Origin: Enterococcus phage AllMyExes
Length of the DNA stretch: 64,000 bases
Direction: 5' to 3' (one strand)
Sequence record: PV544171.1
This document shows, one piece after another, positions 55,801 to 63,490 of this stretch. The notes under the pieces were generated by a model. That model saw only the letters and a list, made by a program, of their open reading frames with translations, was not told where the DNA came from and did not search any database. Numbering within the stretch: the first letter of the stretch is position 1; every line of letters begins with the position of its first letter. The position numbers were made by a program, and so were the translations under genes.

Positions 55801-55836
55801 GGAGGGGAGGGCTTTCCTCCTTTACATAGAAAAAAA
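55801..55836 (+). terminator. Conserved hairpin element, copy 2
   Basis: It reads ggaggggagggctttcctcc-tttacatagaaaaaaa. Confidence 0.5.
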
Positions 55837-55848
55837 TTGTCTTTTCTA

Positions 55849-55910
55849 TTGACAAATAACAACAATTGATATATACTTAATTCATAAGATAAAGAGAGGA
55901 AGTTTTAAAT
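55849..55910 (+). promoter_or_regulatory. Early promoter + conserved leader repeat
   Basis: TTGACA is at 55849. The leader is ttaattcataagataaagagaggaagttttaaatATG. Confidence 0.6.
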
Positions 55911-56117
55911 ATGAAATTATCTGATATTATTCTAGTAGGTTTATTAGTTAGCGTTGTACTACTTTGGGGCTACCTTAGCATTATGATTTGCTTACAAGTT
56001 TTCAGAGCGTTGGGCGGTTGGGATATTAGAACGTTAACGGTTTGCAGTGGTTTGCTATTTGCTTATGTTTTCGGTTTAAAAGGAATTTGGGAACAAGGGA
56101 TAGGGAAAAATAAATAA
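55911..56117 (+). CDS. Small membrane protein (2 TM)
   Basis: The hydrophobic segments are IILVGLLVSVVLLWGYLSIMICL and LTVCSGLLFAYVFGL. Confidence 0.5.
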   Translation: MKLSDIILVGLLVSVVLLWGYLSIMICLQVFRALGGWDIRTLTVCSGLLFAYVFGLKGIWEQGIGKNK

Positions 56118-56136
56118 AAAAAATTAATCAAAACTA

Positions 56137-56193
56137 TTGACAAAAAACAAAAGATAGTGTATTATAGGTTTATAAGATAAAGAGAGGAAGTTA
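56137..56193 (+). promoter_or_regulatory. Orphan copy of the promoter-leader repeat (first unit of a 77-bp tandem duplication)
   Basis: The full promoter + leader ends in ...gataaagagaggaagtt and is followed directly by the second copy rather than by an ATG. Confidence 0.6.
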
Positions 56194-56213
56194 AAAAAAA
56201 TTAATCAAAACTA

Positions 56214-56269
56214 TTGACAAAAAACAAAAGATAGTGTATTATAGGTTTATAAGATAAAGAGAGGAAGTT
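56214..56269 (+). promoter_or_regulatory. Early promoter + conserved leader repeat (second unit of tandem duplication)
   Basis: TTGACA is at 56214. The leader is ...gataaagagaggaagttatgaacATG. Confidence 0.65.
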
Positions 56270-56521
56270 ATGAACATGAATGAATTAGAATGTATTTACG
56301 ACAGTAGAAAGAGCTTTTATGGAAAAGCTAACCTAGTAGAAGAGGAAAACGGTATTTCTCTTTATTCATATGATACAAAAGTTGCGACAATTTACACTAA
56401 TGGACTAGCAAAGGTTTTCGGTACGTACTCACAGACAACGTTGCGACATATTAAGGAATTTTTTAAGCAAAACGGACTAAAAGCAGACACTAAAAAACAA
56501 ATTGAAAAAGATTATCTATAA
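56270..56521 (+). CDS. Hypothetical small early protein (N-terminus MNMNELE)
   Basis: An 83-aa ORF. Confidence 0.5.
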   Translation: MNMNELECIYDSRKSFYGKANLVEEENGISLYSYDTKVATIYTNGLAKVFGTYSQTTLRHIKEFFKQNGLKADTKKQIEKDYL

Positions 56522-56550
56522 AGGAAGAAGGGGGAGAAGAATAGAAAAAC

Positions 56551-56580
56551 GGGGGAGGGGCTTCCTCCCTTTACATAGAC
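56551..56580 (+). terminator. Conserved hairpin element, copy 3
   Basis: It reads gggggaggggcttcctccc-tttacatagac. Confidence 0.45.
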
Positions 56581-56594
56581 TAGGGGGGCTTGAG

Positions 56595-56801
56595 ATGACG
56601 ACAGAGGAGAAAGCACTAAACATTGCAGAGAATAGAGGTATAACAGATTATAAGGTTAAAGGGAACGTATTAAGCTATTATACTAGTTATCCAATGGAAC
56701 GGTGTACATACCTCGTAACTATTGACATTGAAACGCTAGAAGAAGAAAGAAAAGAACTCAAAAAATATTATAAAAAAGGCTTGCAAAATGCTTGCTTATA
56801 A
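56595..56801 (+). CDS. Hypothetical small early protein
   Basis: The ATG at 56595 follows the RBS agggggg. The ORF-track start at 56502 overlaps the upstream gene and the hairpin and is less likely. Confidence 0.45.
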   Translation: MTTEEKALNIAENRGITDYKVKGNVLSYYTSYPMERCTYLVTIDIETLEEERKELKKYYKKGLQNACL

Positions 56802-56819
56802 TCTATAATATAAAGAGGG

Positions 56820-57158
56820 GTGGCGGTTACTATTAATAATAGAATAAAAAAATTGCAATATGAAAGAATCAGAAAGCTAGAAAAGAGAAAAAGAGGTGAA
56901 CCACCTGAATTTATTTTCAACGGTAACTATTCATTGGAAGAAATAGAATTATTCTTACATTTTAGAAAAAAAAGTGAGGGCAAAAAAATGTTAAAAACAG
57001 AAGAAATTAATAATTCAGAGCATACAGGATACCTTATACTAGATGGAGATAATCTAGTTGTGCGAGTAGAGAAAAATAGAGAAACAGGGGAAACCTTTTG
57101 TTATGTTTATGCAGATAGCAATGATGATGATTTTACAGCAAAATTTAAAATTGAATAG
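56820..57158 (+). CDS. Hypothetical small early protein (start uncertain)
   Basis: The GTG at 56820 abuts an RBS-like aaagagggg. The alternative ATG at 56986 (RBS gtgaggg) would give 56 aa. Confidence 0.4.
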   Translation: MAVTINNRIKKLQYERIRKLEKRKRGEPPEFIFNGNYSLEEIELFLHFRKKSEGKKMLKTEEINNSEHTGYLILDGDNLVVRVEKNRETGETFCYVYADSNDDDFTAKFKIE

Positions 57159-57167
57159 TCAAAACTA

Positions 57168-57228
57168 TTGACAAATAACAAAAGATAGACTATAATAGGC
57201 TTATAAGATAAAGAAAGGAATGGTAAAG
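57168..57228 (+). promoter_or_regulatory. Early promoter + conserved leader repeat
   Basis: TTGACA is at 57168. The leader is gcttataagataaagaaaggaatggtaaagATG. Confidence 0.6.
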
Positions 57229-57525
57229 ATGACAAAAACAGAACTACAATATAAAAAAGCAATAGGAGTTGCAATCTTTGCAACAAGTGGAAAGGATAAA
57301 AAGCAACTAGGAAACGTGGCACCGTTTAGCATTTATGAGATTTTAGAAATTGACTTAAATAAAAATCGGGTATATTATGCTTTAAATTGTGGGGAACGAC
57401 ATGCAGTATGCTTTACTAAACTACGCAAAGAAGAAGAAACAGGGAACGATTTTATTTTAATCAATAAACAACCATTTTTCTTAAAAGATATGCACAAAGG
57501 TTTAAGTTGGTCAAAAAGTTTATAA
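57229..57525 (+). CDS. Hypothetical small early protein
   Basis: The ATG at 57229 is placed by analogy with the other leaders. The ORF-track start is 57220. Confidence 0.5.
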   Translation: MTKTELQYKKAIGVAIFATSGKDKKQLGNVAPFSIYEILEIDLNKNRVYYALNCGERHAVCFTKLRKEEETGNDFILINKQPFFLKDMHKGLSWSKSL

Positions 57526-57532
57526 AAAACTA

Positions 57533-57594
57533 TTGACAAATAACAATAACTAATATACAATAGGTTTATAAAATAAAGAGAGGAAGTTTTTAAC
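57533..57594 (+). promoter_or_regulatory. Early promoter + conserved leader repeat
   Basis: TTGACA is at 57533. The leader is gtttataaaataaagagaggaagtttttaacATG. Confidence 0.6.
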
Positions 57595-58029
57595 ATGACA
57601 AAAGAAAACAACGTATTTTTAAATGAAAAAGAACTAATGAAAGAAATTATCGAAACTTTGGAAAATGGTTTTGATGGTTGTTACTGCGACTTGCACAGTG
57701 AAGTTTTTAACTATGGTACAAATACAGATACCGAGGAATTAGAAGAATATGGAATTTTTAACGCAATTGGAGAAATACAAGAATACGAAGAAGAAAATTT
57801 TGGGGAGGTTTTGACAGACCTTGGGAACGCTTCGGCAGTTGCTGATATGCTTTACTATATTAAAGGCTACGAGTTTTTATATGGTAGATTAGACTTTAAT
57901 GATGTTTTAGCAGATGTTGCAGAGGGGCTAAAATTAGATAAAGACTTATGGAACGAGGAAGCCACCGAGGAAGTGAACAAGGCTATTATTGAGTGTTTAA
58001 AAAAAGAAGTGCCTTATTTAATAGATTAG
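57595..58029 (+). CDS. Hypothetical small acidic early protein
   Basis: A 144-aa ORF. Confidence 0.5.
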   Translation: MTKENNVFLNEKELMKEIIETLENGFDGCYCDLHSEVFNYGTNTDTEELEEYGIFNAIGEIQEYEEENFGEVLTDLGNASAVADMLYYIKGYEFLYGRLDFNDVLADVAEGLKLDKDLWNEEATEEVNKAIIECLKKEVPYLID

Positions 58030-58035
58030 AAAAAC

Positions 58036-58070
58036 AGGGAGGAGTTTCCTCCCTTTACATAGAAAAAAAA
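58036..58070 (+). terminator. Conserved hairpin element, copy 4
   Basis: It reads agggaggagtttcctccc-tttacatagaaaaaaaa. Confidence 0.5.
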
Positions 58071-58094
58071 TATAAAATAAGGGAAGTGCTAAAC

Positions 58095-58220
58095 ATGGAA
58101 ACATTAGAAAAATTCGGTTATACATGGCAAGGAATGAAAGAAGTTACAAAAGAAGAAGCAGAGAAAAACATTAAGAACGGGGTCGGCACTTTTCTATTAT
58201 ATCCAGATAACAACAATTGA
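58095..58220 (+). CDS. Small hypothetical protein (41 aa), below ORF-track cutoff
   Basis: The RBS aagggaag is followed by an ATG. It reads METLEKFGYTWQGMKEVTKEEAEKNIKNGVGTFLLYPDNNN. Confidence 0.4.
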   Translation: METLEKFGYTWQGMKEVTKEEAEKNIKNGVGTFLLYPDNNN

Positions 58221-58420
58221 AGCAGTGAAAGAAAGCAATGCAATATTAGATAAAGTATTGAGAGCTTGCAACTTGTTACCAACTGAAAAGAACGTGCAAA
58301 CAGCTAAAAACTTTTTAGAAGAACAAGGCTTTAAAGTAGAAGCTAGTAAAGAGTTAGCGGGAAAATACCTTGTAAAATTTTCAATTTAATAATAAAGAAT
58401 GAAGAGGGGAAGTTATAAAA

Positions 58421-58618
58421 ATGAAACTAACAGAAAAGGAACTAAACACAATTTTAAGAGATGATGAAACAGGGAACGGGGGAGCGGCTTTCTTAGGTGA
58501 AACACTAGCCGACTTCTTAGAAGAATCAGGTATTGACTTTACAAACCTAACTATTTTAGAAGTAAATGAATTACTAGAAAATAATGGAATTGAACCAATT
58601 GAGGTAGTGCCATGTTAA
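58421..58618 (+). CDS. Hypothetical small acidic early protein
   Basis: A 65-aa ORF with the RBS agaggggaag. Confidence 0.5.
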   Translation: MKLTEKELNTILRDDETGNGGAAFLGETLADFLEESGIDFTNLTILEVNELLENNGIEPIEVVPC

Positions 58619-58815
58619 AAAATATCAAAAAATCAGATAAACTTACTAGAAAAGATATACAAGGCTTTTGGGGAGATGAAACAAAAACATTAGAAGAATG
58701 GTATAAGTCAATTTCAAAAGAATCAGACACCGAAAAAATAGAAACTACTAAAATGATTAATACATTGAAAGAATATGCAAATAACAACGAATTTCATTTC
58801 GTAAAAGAAAAGTAA
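58612..58815 (+). CDS. Hypothetical small early protein
   Basis: A 67-aa ORF with an 8-nt overlap. Confidence 0.45.
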   Translation: MLKNIKKSDKLTRKDIQGFWGDETKTLEEWYKSISKESDTEKIETTKMINTLKEYANNNEFHFVKEK

Positions 58816-58852
58816 GGACAATAACAAACACTATTAAGGAGGAACAAGAAGA

Positions 58853-59044
58853 ATGGAACAATTAAAAGGGCTAACAATTAGAGAATTGATTAAGAAACTA
58901 GAAGAAGTGCCAGAAGAAAATAAGGACTTGCCTATTTATACTTTTGAAAATGAAAACTCTTTACTTATTAAAGATGTTTCATTATATGATGAAAATGCTA
59001 AACACTCACAAGAAAACCCGTTAAGTTTTGATGTAATCAGATAA
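58853..59044 (+). CDS. Hypothetical small early protein
   Basis: A 63-aa ORF with the RBS aaggaggaa. Confidence 0.5.
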   Translation: MEQLKGLTIRELIKKLEEVPEENKDLPIYTFENENSLLIKDVSLYDENAKHSQENPLSFDVIR

Positions 59045-59056
59045 GGAGGAGGAAAG

Positions 59057-59416
59057 ATGAACAGCTTTACAGATAAACAAGCTAAACAGGTAAAAAGAAG
59101 TAAAGAAATAAAACTAGTGGAAGAAGTAAGAAGAGAAAACGTAAAGAAACGCTTTTCGGAGGAAGTGAAAAAGTACTTAGAAAAAGGGTATACAATCAGA
59201 CTAGAAAATAAAGTTTTTCCATTTGCTTTAATGTCTATTGACCTAGAAAAAGGGGAAAAGGTCATAAGTCTTATTCTTGTGAACGAATATGATGGAATAG
59301 CAAACTATACTGTAATGAAAAAGGTTACCTTAAGAGAAAAAGGGAATAGAGCTATCCTAAAAAGAACGCTAACGGATAAAGATGTAAAAATAATAAGTTT
59401 ATGGAAAGGAATATAA
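59057..59416 (+). CDS. Hypothetical small basic early protein
   Basis: A 119-aa ORF with the RBS aaggaggagg. Confidence 0.5.
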   Translation: MNSFTDKQAKQVKRSKEIKLVEEVRRENVKKRFSEEVKKYLEKGYTIRLENKVFPFALMSIDLEKGEKVISLILVNEYDGIANYTVMKKVTLREKGNRAILKRTLTDKDVKIISLWKGI

Positions 59417-59420
59417 AAGA

Positions 59421-59522
59421 ATGAGTGTATACAGTTTAAAATTACTAGCAATCTTAGGGATAGTATTATTCTTTTCAGTTATCGGGATAGTGTACGATAA
59501 TAAACAGGACGAAAAGAAATAA
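59421..59522 (+). CDS. Small hydrophobic peptide (33 aa, single TM), below ORF-track cutoff
   Basis: It reads MSVYSLKLLAILGIVLFFSVIGIVYDNKQDEKK. It lies 4 nt after the upstream stop. Confidence 0.35.
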   Translation: MSVYSLKLLAILGIVLFFSVIGIVYDNKQDEKK

Positions 59523-59559
59523 ATATATAAAGAGGTAAAGAGATAAGGAACTATAGAAC

Positions 59560-59800
59560 TATAAAACTATATACACTTATAGGGGAAGAGATGGAGGAGG
59601 GGAGGAGGTAAAGGAAAGAAGAGGGAGAAAGAAAGCAATAAGGAATAAGGCAATAAAGAAAAAAAGTTGTTTACCTATATACTTATACACCTATGTACCT
59701 ATATACAGATAGCCACTAACAAGCAATAGTAAGGGAATAAAGGAATAAGAGAGAGAGGAAAGAGGAAAGAGGAAAGAGGAAAAAAAGTTGTTTACCTGAG
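59560..59800. repeat. Polypurine (A/G-rich) tract with (aggaaag)n repeats and two copies of 'aaaaaagttgtttacct'
   Basis: The plus strand is nearly pyrimidine-free: ...ggaggaggggaggaggtaaaggaaagaagagggagaaagaaagcaataaggaataaggcaataaagaaaaaaagttgtttacct ... gagagagaggaaagaggaaagaggaaagaggaaaaaaagttgtttacct. Confidence 0.8.
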
Positions 59801-60341
59801 ATTTTAAAGAACCGACCTCATCAGAAACCCGACAAGGGGGCGCATAAGTCTATTTCAAAATAATCTGAAATAAGTATAGTTATTACTGTTTATAGATGAT
59901 TATCCTTAAATATCTGAAAATAGGGGCGTTTATCTTATTATATAGTTAGCTATCTTACACTATTAATCATCTAGCCTATTACTGCATTCATTGCTATTAT
60001 ATTCTATATAGGGAGCGCTTATACTGTTTATAGTGTAATTATGAGGGGAACGGCTAGGAACGCTTATACGGGCTTATAGGGGGCTTTAAATGCATAGGCT
60101 ATTTATACATATATTAGAATACACAAGGAGGAGGGGCAGAAAGTTAGTAGGTTAGACTGTTAAAAACAAACGGGGGCTAGATGCACATTGTTATTTTACT
60201 GATTGAGTTAGGTTAGCTAGCTAAAATAAGAATGCTATTGTAGCAACGTTTATAAGAAATAGGGGTGTACTTTTCCCCTAGGGAGGTTTTAAAAGGGTAT
60301 AAAATTCTTTTGTTATTTAATTAAAAATTTCATCTTAGCTA

Positions 60342-60405
60342 TTGACTTTTAACAATAACTATTGTATAGTTAACTTGTAAGATAAAGAGAGGGGAAAACT
60401 TAAAA
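60342..60405 (+). promoter_or_regulatory. Early promoter + conserved leader repeat (TTGACT variant)
   Basis: It reads ttgacttttaacaataactattgtatagttaacttgtaagataaagagaggggaaaacttaaaaATG. Confidence 0.6.
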
Positions 60406-60672
60406 ATGAAATTAAAAGAATTTATCAAACTAGCAGAATCAAAGGGCGCTACATTAGAGGCATATAACGAGCTAGGAGGTTATGAACTAACTAGAGGGGA
60501 CATAGTAGACCAGAATCCCGTTTTAATTGCTTACATGCAAGGGACTCACAGCGTAGAAATATCAAACGAGGAACTAGAAAACAAAGAGTTAACAGAGCTA
60601 GCGTTTGTCTATAAAAATGCAAGTTTTATTTATCCAAACGAAAAAGAATTATTGTCAGGACTAGGACTATAG
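60406..60672 (+). CDS. Hypothetical small early protein
   Basis: An 88-aa ORF. Confidence 0.5.
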   Translation: MKLKEFIKLAESKGATLEAYNELGGYELTRGDIVDQNPVLIAYMQGTHSVEISNEELENKELTELAFVYKNASFIYPNEKELLSGLGL

Positions 60673-60769
60673 CACAACGGCGTATAAAGCCCGTAACTAA
60701 GTTTTAACGGGCTTTATATATAAATACATTATGAGGGCTTATAAGGGCTTATGAGGGGGACTAATAAGA

Positions 60770-60937
60770 ATGCTAGAGGTGGGCAAATTTGTACGAGGTA
60801 ATAACGGCGCAAGAACTTGGGTGGGTCAGATTGTAGGTATAGACAGGCTAGCGGGGGAATATCGTGTGCGTGACGTTGTAACAGGAATATACTTTTATGT
60901 ATCTTGTAGCGCTGTTTATGAATGCGCTAGACCATAA
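60770..60937 (+). CDS. Small hypothetical protein (55 aa), below ORF-track cutoff
   Basis: The RBS gaggggg is followed by an ATG. It reads MLEVGKFVRGNNGARTWVGQIVGIDRLAGEYRVRDVVTGIYFYVSCSAVYECARP. Confidence 0.4.
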   Translation: MLEVGKFVRGNNGARTWVGQIVGIDRLAGEYRVRDVVTGIYFYVSCSAVYECARP

Positions 60938-60968
60938 AACATTTAATAAAAAAATTTCATCTTATCTA

Positions 60969-61030
60969 TTGACTTTTAACAATAACTATTATACAATAGG
61001 TTTATCAGATAGAGAGAGGAAGTTACAAAC
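60969..61030 (+). promoter_or_regulatory. Early promoter + conserved leader repeat (TTGACT variant)
   Basis: It reads ttgacttttaacaataactattatacaataggtttatcagatagagagaggaagttacaaacATG. Confidence 0.6.
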
Positions 61031-61207
61031 ATGGAATACAACACATTAGACGAATTACTAGAAGAGGAATACAGCACACTAGACGAATTGCTAGACAGTG
61101 AAGAATTTAAAAAACAAATGAACAACCTTAATCACGTTCCGCAAATGCAACCGCAAAGCCACAACAGCAATACGCTAGCAGACACGGGACGTTATCCAGA
61201 AAAATAA
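61031..61207 (+). CDS. Small acidic protein (58 aa), below ORF-track cutoff
   Basis: It reads MEYNTLDELLEEEYSTLDELLDSEEFKKQMNNLNHVPQMQPQSHNSNTLADTGRYPEK and has an internal TLDELL repeat. Confidence 0.45.
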   Translation: MEYNTLDELLEEEYSTLDELLDSEEFKKQMNNLNHVPQMQPQSHNSNTLADTGRYPEK

Positions 61208-61286
61208 AATTGAAAAAAAAGGGGTTGACAAGTTCAGCCCCTAATGATATACTAGGTACATAAGATAGATAGGGAGGAATTTTATA

Positions 61287-61421
61287 ATGACAATCGAACA
61301 GATTAACGCAGAAGTAAAACAACAAGAAATGCTTGGTAACAAATTAGAAGTAATTCAGTTAGGTAATGATATTTACATGTATATTAACGGTGAACCATAC
61401 AAAACAATCGAATTAATTTAA
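61287..61421 (+). CDS. Small protein (44 aa, N-terminus MTIEQ), below ORF-track cutoff
   Basis: The RBS is tagggagga. A paralogous start lies at the 61502 gene. Confidence 0.4.
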   Translation: MTIEQINAEVKQQEMLGNKLEVIQLGNDIYMYINGEPYKTIELI

Positions 61422-61439
61422 AAAGTTTCATCTTTTCTA

Positions 61440-61501
61440 TTGACAAATAACAACAGCTAGTATATAATAGGTTTATAAGATAAAGAGAGGGAGTTATTAC
61501 T
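61440..61501 (+). promoter_or_regulatory. Early promoter + conserved leader repeat
   Basis: It reads ttgacaaataacaacagctagtatataataggtttataagataaagagagggagttattactATG. Confidence 0.6.
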
Positions 61502-61660
61502 ATGACAATCGAACAAGTGAAAGACTACGGCAAAGCATACGGAAAAGAGCTATCAACTAAGGAAGTAAAAGAATTTTTTGAGAAACACAACGACATGCCT
61601 TCACTAATGGACTTAGCAAAGTTTTGCGGGGCAATGAACGAGGACGGAACAAAAAATTAA
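61502..61660 (+). CDS. Small protein (52 aa, N-terminus MTIEQ), below ORF-track cutoff
   Basis: It reads MTIEQVKDYGKAYGKELSTKEVKEFFEKHNDMPSLMDLAKFCGAMNEDGTKN. Confidence 0.45.
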   Translation: MTIEQVKDYGKAYGKELSTKEVKEFFEKHNDMPSLMDLAKFCGAMNEDGTKN

Positions 61661-61670
61661 AAAAAAACTA

Positions 61671-61794
61671 TTGACAAATAACAAAACATAATGTAATATA
61701 ATAAGTGTAAGAGGGAAAGGGTTAAACCTAAAAAGGAAAATGAGTACTTCTTTCTTACACAATACATATCAGATAAAGAGAGGAAGTTATTACT
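61671..61794 (+). promoter_or_regulatory. Early promoter + leader carrying an inserted hairpin (gtgtaaga...tcttacac)
   Basis: TTGACA is at 61671. About 55 nt of extra leader sequence with an 8-bp inverted repeat precede the conserved ...atcagataaagagaggaagttattactATG. Confidence 0.55.
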
Positions 61795-62034
61795 ATGACG
61801 CCAGAACTAGCAGAAATGAACCTAACTAAAAATGATAGCCCATTTTCGTTTATTAATGAATCAGGTGTTTTCATTGAACCGATTAAGAACCCGTTTTCTT
61901 GTGAGGGTACTTATTTACAAGCTTGTAAGGACGTAGCGGGAGAGCTAGAAACAAATAAAGAGGTAGGGAACGAAATCGACAACTATTTAAAAATGCAGAA
62001 TTGGCTAAATAAGTTAGCATATGAATATATTTAA
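61795..62034 (+). CDS. Hypothetical small early protein
   Basis: A 79-aa ORF. Confidence 0.5.
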   Translation: MTPELAEMNLTKNDSPFSFINESGVFIEPIKNPFSCEGTYLQACKDVAGELETNKEVGNEIDNYLKMQNWLNKLAYEYI

Positions 62035-62052
62035 AAAGTTTCATCTTTTCTA

Positions 62053-62113
62053 TTGACAAATAACAACAATTAGTATAATATAATAGGTGTAAGAGAGAGG
62101 GAGGAATTTCATA
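62053..62113 (+). promoter_or_regulatory. Early promoter + conserved leader repeat
   Basis: It reads ttgacaaataacaacaattagtataatataataggtgtaagagagagggaggaatttcataATG. Confidence 0.6.
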
Positions 62114-62338
62114 ATGAAATCAATTATCATCAAACAAATCAAGGACGGTTACAAAGGCATTTTAGAACGTAGGAACAACGGTTGGGCAGATGAGGAACTA
62201 AACAGCTACACAACAGGCGTAAGCAATACACTATTCGAGCTTATAAACGACTTACAAGACAATGGTGTTATCAGTGAAGAGGAAGCCGAAGAAATCGAAG
62301 AAGTATTTTCAAACACTATCGATATATTAAATTTTTAA
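62114..62338 (+). CDS. Hypothetical small acidic early protein
   Basis: A 74-aa ORF. Confidence 0.5.
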   Translation: MKSIIIKQIKDGYKGILERRNNGWADEELNSYTTGVSNTLFELINDLQDNGVISEEEAEEIEEVFSNTIDILNF

Positions 62339-62347
62339 ATAAAGTTA

Positions 62348-62435
62348 TTGACAAAAAACAATAACTAGTGTAGTATAATAAGTGTAAGGAGGAATAAACC
62401 TCTTTACACCACACAACAGAAAGGAAGTTTTTACT
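62348..62435 (+). promoter_or_regulatory. Early promoter + leader with inserted hairpin (gtgtaaggagg...cctctttacac)
   Basis: TTGACA is at 62348. The -10 is gtgtagtataat. The hairpin precedes cagaaaggaagtttttactATG. Confidence 0.55.
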
Positions 62436-63131
62436 ATGACAGAATGGGCAAACATGAATAAAGAAGAGGTACTAGAATTACTTAATGATTGGTTTGGCGT
62501 TAGTGACTATGATACAGTTATGGAAGAAGCAGAAGAGATGAAACAAGTCACCTTTACAGGTAGCACAAACCGACCTTTATTAGGTGGTAACAATGACTTA
62601 ATCGGTTTACCTCAATTCTTTAAAGACAATGAAGCAGAATCAGAGTTCCCAACTTATGAAGAATTACTAGAGGAACTAGAGAAAGATACATGGAATCTTG
62701 AAGCAGAGGACAACACTTATAACTACGGCGGTTTCTTAGAACGTGAAATGGACTTTAAAACTATTCAGGCAGAAAATTCAGACACGACTATTGCATTCTT
62801 TGCAATCCATACGGGGGTAGATGTGAGAGCGGGCTACTCAAAAGCAATCCCAGTTATTTTTGAAACTTATTACGATTTTCAAGAGTTCCTAGGTAACTAC
62901 TTTTATAGTCAAGGTTACTATGCTTTTAAACACGACAACAAGGAATACACAATCAGTTTAGATGTTTCGGCTACCTCGGAATATGTACGAATTTATATAA
63001 CTGATAATAATAACAACGAGTTACAACTAGACTACGAACAAGAAACTTGTATGGACTTAGACAAAGAGAGCGTAGCAGAATACCTGACTAGCCAAGGAAT
63101 TGAGTTTAAAGACTTGAAACCTGCATTGTAA
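62436..63131 (+). CDS. Hypothetical acidic early protein
   Basis: A 231-aa ORF. Confidence 0.5.
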   Translation: MTEWANMNKEEVLELLNDWFGVSDYDTVMEEAEEMKQVTFTGSTNRPLLGGNNDLIGLPQFFKDNEAESEFPTYEELLEELEKDTWNLEAEDNTYNYGGFLEREMDFKTIQAENSDTTIAFFAIHTGVDVRAGYSKAIPVIFETYYDFQEFLGNYFYSQGYYAFKHDNKEYTISLDVSATSEYVRIYITDNNNNELQLDYEQETCMDLDKESVAEYLTSQGIEFKDLKPAL

Positions 63132-63237
63132 CCATATAAGGCACTAGGGAGCTTATACAATAGAGCTACAAGCTTCCTAGTGTAATTATAAGGTAAATAA
63201 CTAGAAACGCTTATACGAAAGAATAGGGGGCTTTAAA

Positions 63238-63486
63238 ATGAAGTTTAAACGAGCAATCGAGGAATTGGAAGAGAAAGAGGGAATCACCTTAGAACCAGAA
63301 TATAACGGGGTATATACAGTTAAGGGCTACTATTCTAACTTAGAGGTATTACATTGTAGCGACTACGATGAAGAATATAATAACGAGGAACTAGAGGACT
63401 GCCATTTACATGAACTTGTATTCAGGTATGAGGGAGAGCAAGCATATAAGAGCGGATATTATGAACTGCTAAAATTATTGAGTTAA
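63238..63486 (+). CDS. Hypothetical small acidic early protein
   Basis: It is 82 aa. It is preceded by the alternative leader aacgcttatacgaaagaatagggggctttaaaATG. Confidence 0.5.
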   Translation: MKFKRAIEELEEKEGITLEPEYNGVYTVKGYYSNLEVLHCSDYDEEYNNEELEDCHLHELVFRYEGEQAYKSGYYELLKLLS

Positions 63487-63490
63487 TCTA

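Noticed and set aside
60090-60155. A 21-codon ORF (MHRLFIHILEYTRRRGRKLVG) behind the second leader-family copy.
   Set aside because: It is very short and compositionally odd. The surrounding 0.9 kb looks non-coding, so it was kept only as a note.
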